Positions 61,991-64,000 of a stretch of 64,000 nt of DNA are shown here, one piece after another. Location: positions 334,882 through 398,881 of the forward strand of contig NW_026782491.1 of assembly GCF_031769215.1 (NCBI RefSeq), given 5' to 3'. How positions within the stretch are numbered: position 1 is the first letter of the stretch; each line of letters opens with the position of its first letter. Made by a program: the position numbers and the translations under genes. The DNA is from Ylistrum balloti. Taxonomy: Eukaryota. The notes below the pieces were generated by a model that had not been told where the DNA came from, did not search any database, and saw nothing but the letters and a program-made list of their open reading frames with translations.

Positions 61991-64000
61991 TGTGTAGTAT
62001 GACAGACACTACAATTGGCCAAAAAACGACGATACCACATGACCACACAAAACCTACTGAAATAATAATACTAAATATTTTCCTCAAAACTCCAGGGATA
62101 AGGATCAATTTTATCACTGCACAGATCGTTAGTGATCGTAACCGATTGTGCTTGGAGGAGAAAGACACCACTACAAAATTACGAAAACAAACGACCACAA
62201 ACATACAGACTCATGTTGTACCAAAGGAGCTAGTGTAACAAATATAACGCAAAGTACAGTATCACAGAAACCAATAATCCAATAAAACAAGACGTAGAAA
62301 TCCTTAGATAACCTTTACCCAACAAAACCTTTCATAAAACTATAACTTTGTGATTATGATTATTAATTCTTCAATGAACGTATTTTAACTACTTATATAT
62401 TCAATCTGCCCTGTGAGGTTAGCGAAGTGCTGTAGAAAAGGGCCAGTTTCGTAATATACCTGACACTTAATTATTTTGTTTTTGTCATATTAATGTCTCT
62501 GGAGTGATTTATTTCATGTCATTTATATCTTATATGTCACTTTTTGATCGTTTGATATCAGTTGAATGTCACATAAAATATATCTCATATGTAGATGAAG
62601 TGGTGAACTACTCACAACAAAATGGACAAACACATGATGACATTTATCTCTAAGATAAATATCTATTTACGTTTGTTTTATCTTCTGGCAAAATAAATCC
62701 GAAATATTATTTTATATCAACATTGCTAAGAAAAATATTACTTAATTTTTTAAACCTTAAACTGATTTATCCATTTATATATATATATACATATATATTT
62801 CTTCATCTTTAGCTGTTATAGATACATATTTATACTTATCAAATTATATCAATATGTACATGTTTAATATTTGAAGAGGCCGCCAGGGTTGATTAACCGT
62901 TTCGCACCGTTTTCCTCTCATGGGAAGGCTTGCATCATCAATTATCTACCATTCCATTTGCACAATTATGTATATAAATCACGATATAGATTGAAATATA
63001 TGAATACACCAATCGATAGATAGATTTATGTTTAACCTAAACATACATAACATATAGCCTGACATGTTGCACACACAACCAGTATTACATGTTCTACTTG
63101 TGAGAGGAAGAGTGATTTCAGATGTAGGATCAAATTTTCATTGAAGTATTTGAGTTAAAAGATTCATTTCTTTGTTATACATGTGCCTGTTTTACAAACT
63201 GATATAAGAATTCTATACATTGTATTTAAAAGCAAAAGAAAAAAAAACCAACAAAAAATATATTGGTGTCGTTTTTATGTGGATAAAACATTTAAGTTTA
63301 AATTTGGCATTATATCTTTGTTTGCGTACACGAATAAGGTGTAACATTATCTGTTGTTTAGAACCTAGCACCCGAAATAAACAATACAATGTTTTCAAAC
63401 CTGAGGCTTATTTTACATCGACAAAAATACATCTTAAAAACGTCTTCATGTTTGGTTACACATAATTAAGATAAGGACACTTAATATAGAAAAGGACTCA
63501 AAAATCGCACAAGGTATTTTTGGAAGTCCCTGTCAAACTCTGCATAGGGAACCAAAATAGTCAATTTATCTTTAAAATATCATTATGGTATACGAAGTGC
63601 AAGAATTATGAATATTCATAAAGTTTTCATTTGACAGTATCTGTCTTGGAATGGAAATCAACCACTCCTTGACGGAGAAGGAAAGTGAACATGTGTGGTT
63701 CACGTGAAGAACACGTGTCAAGGATGTGAACACTGTCGAGATATGTCGCTATTTAAAACATGAATTATCAATGGGAATGGCTAATTGTGACCTGGTTTAC
63801 AAACACAGTAGTTTATGCCAACCTTCTGGTTGAAAAACGTTTTGTGTGTACTAAGCCATAAGACATTAGACCTAATCATGTTTTTATTATTTACAATATG
63901 CTCGCTTTTTCCAAATCTGTGTTACAATCATGTAAAGCCCGCGGTGTATCTTCTAAGACACAATTGACTTTCTTTTAATCTGTTGTCTGAACATCTTAAG

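Overview
This 64 kb window is AT-rich eukaryotic nuclear DNA with spliced, GT-AG intron-containing genes, not prokaryotic DNA. I found no CRISPR array, operon or phage-like system. The gene content points to a lophotrochozoan, most likely a molluscan, genome. The genes are: (i) an argininosuccinate lyase gene (ASL, + strand, 15-16 exons, about 480-11519); (ii) a 2.85 kb non-autonomous Ty3/gypsy-like LTR retrotransposon (11541-14390, - strand) about 20 bp downstream of the ASL stop codon; (iii) two identical tRNA-Ser(UGA) genes (17565-17646 and 22550-22631), each inside a duplicated roughly 0.7 kb block; (iv) a TRIM-like RING/B-box/coiled-coil gene (-, 19098-19845) with a 58-nt intron; (v) an intronless peptidase-C45 (tan / isopenicillin-N acyltransferase-like) gene (-, 27199-28332); (vi) a C-type lectin gene (+, 32546-33816); (vii) an 11-exon secreted GH10 endo-beta-1,4-xylanase gene with an N-terminal CBM4_9-like module (-, 35687-41742); (viii) an SLC22-like organic ion transporter gene (-, 46960-49900) with an apparent 1-nt frameshift. 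The window is also rich in repeats: a roughly 30-bp minisatellite of about 1 kb joined to a 1.15 kb dispersed repeat present twice, a 138-bp perfect palindrome, several tandem arrays and a roughly 300-bp satellite. All coordinates are hand-derived and may be off by +/-1 to 2 nt. The points most worth a second look are the animal-encoded GH10+CBM xylanase, the intronless C45 amidase-like gene with a conserved Gly-Cys self-cleavage site, the gag-RNaseH fusion retroelement in the ASL 3' UTR, and the minisatellite-tipped dispersed repeat.
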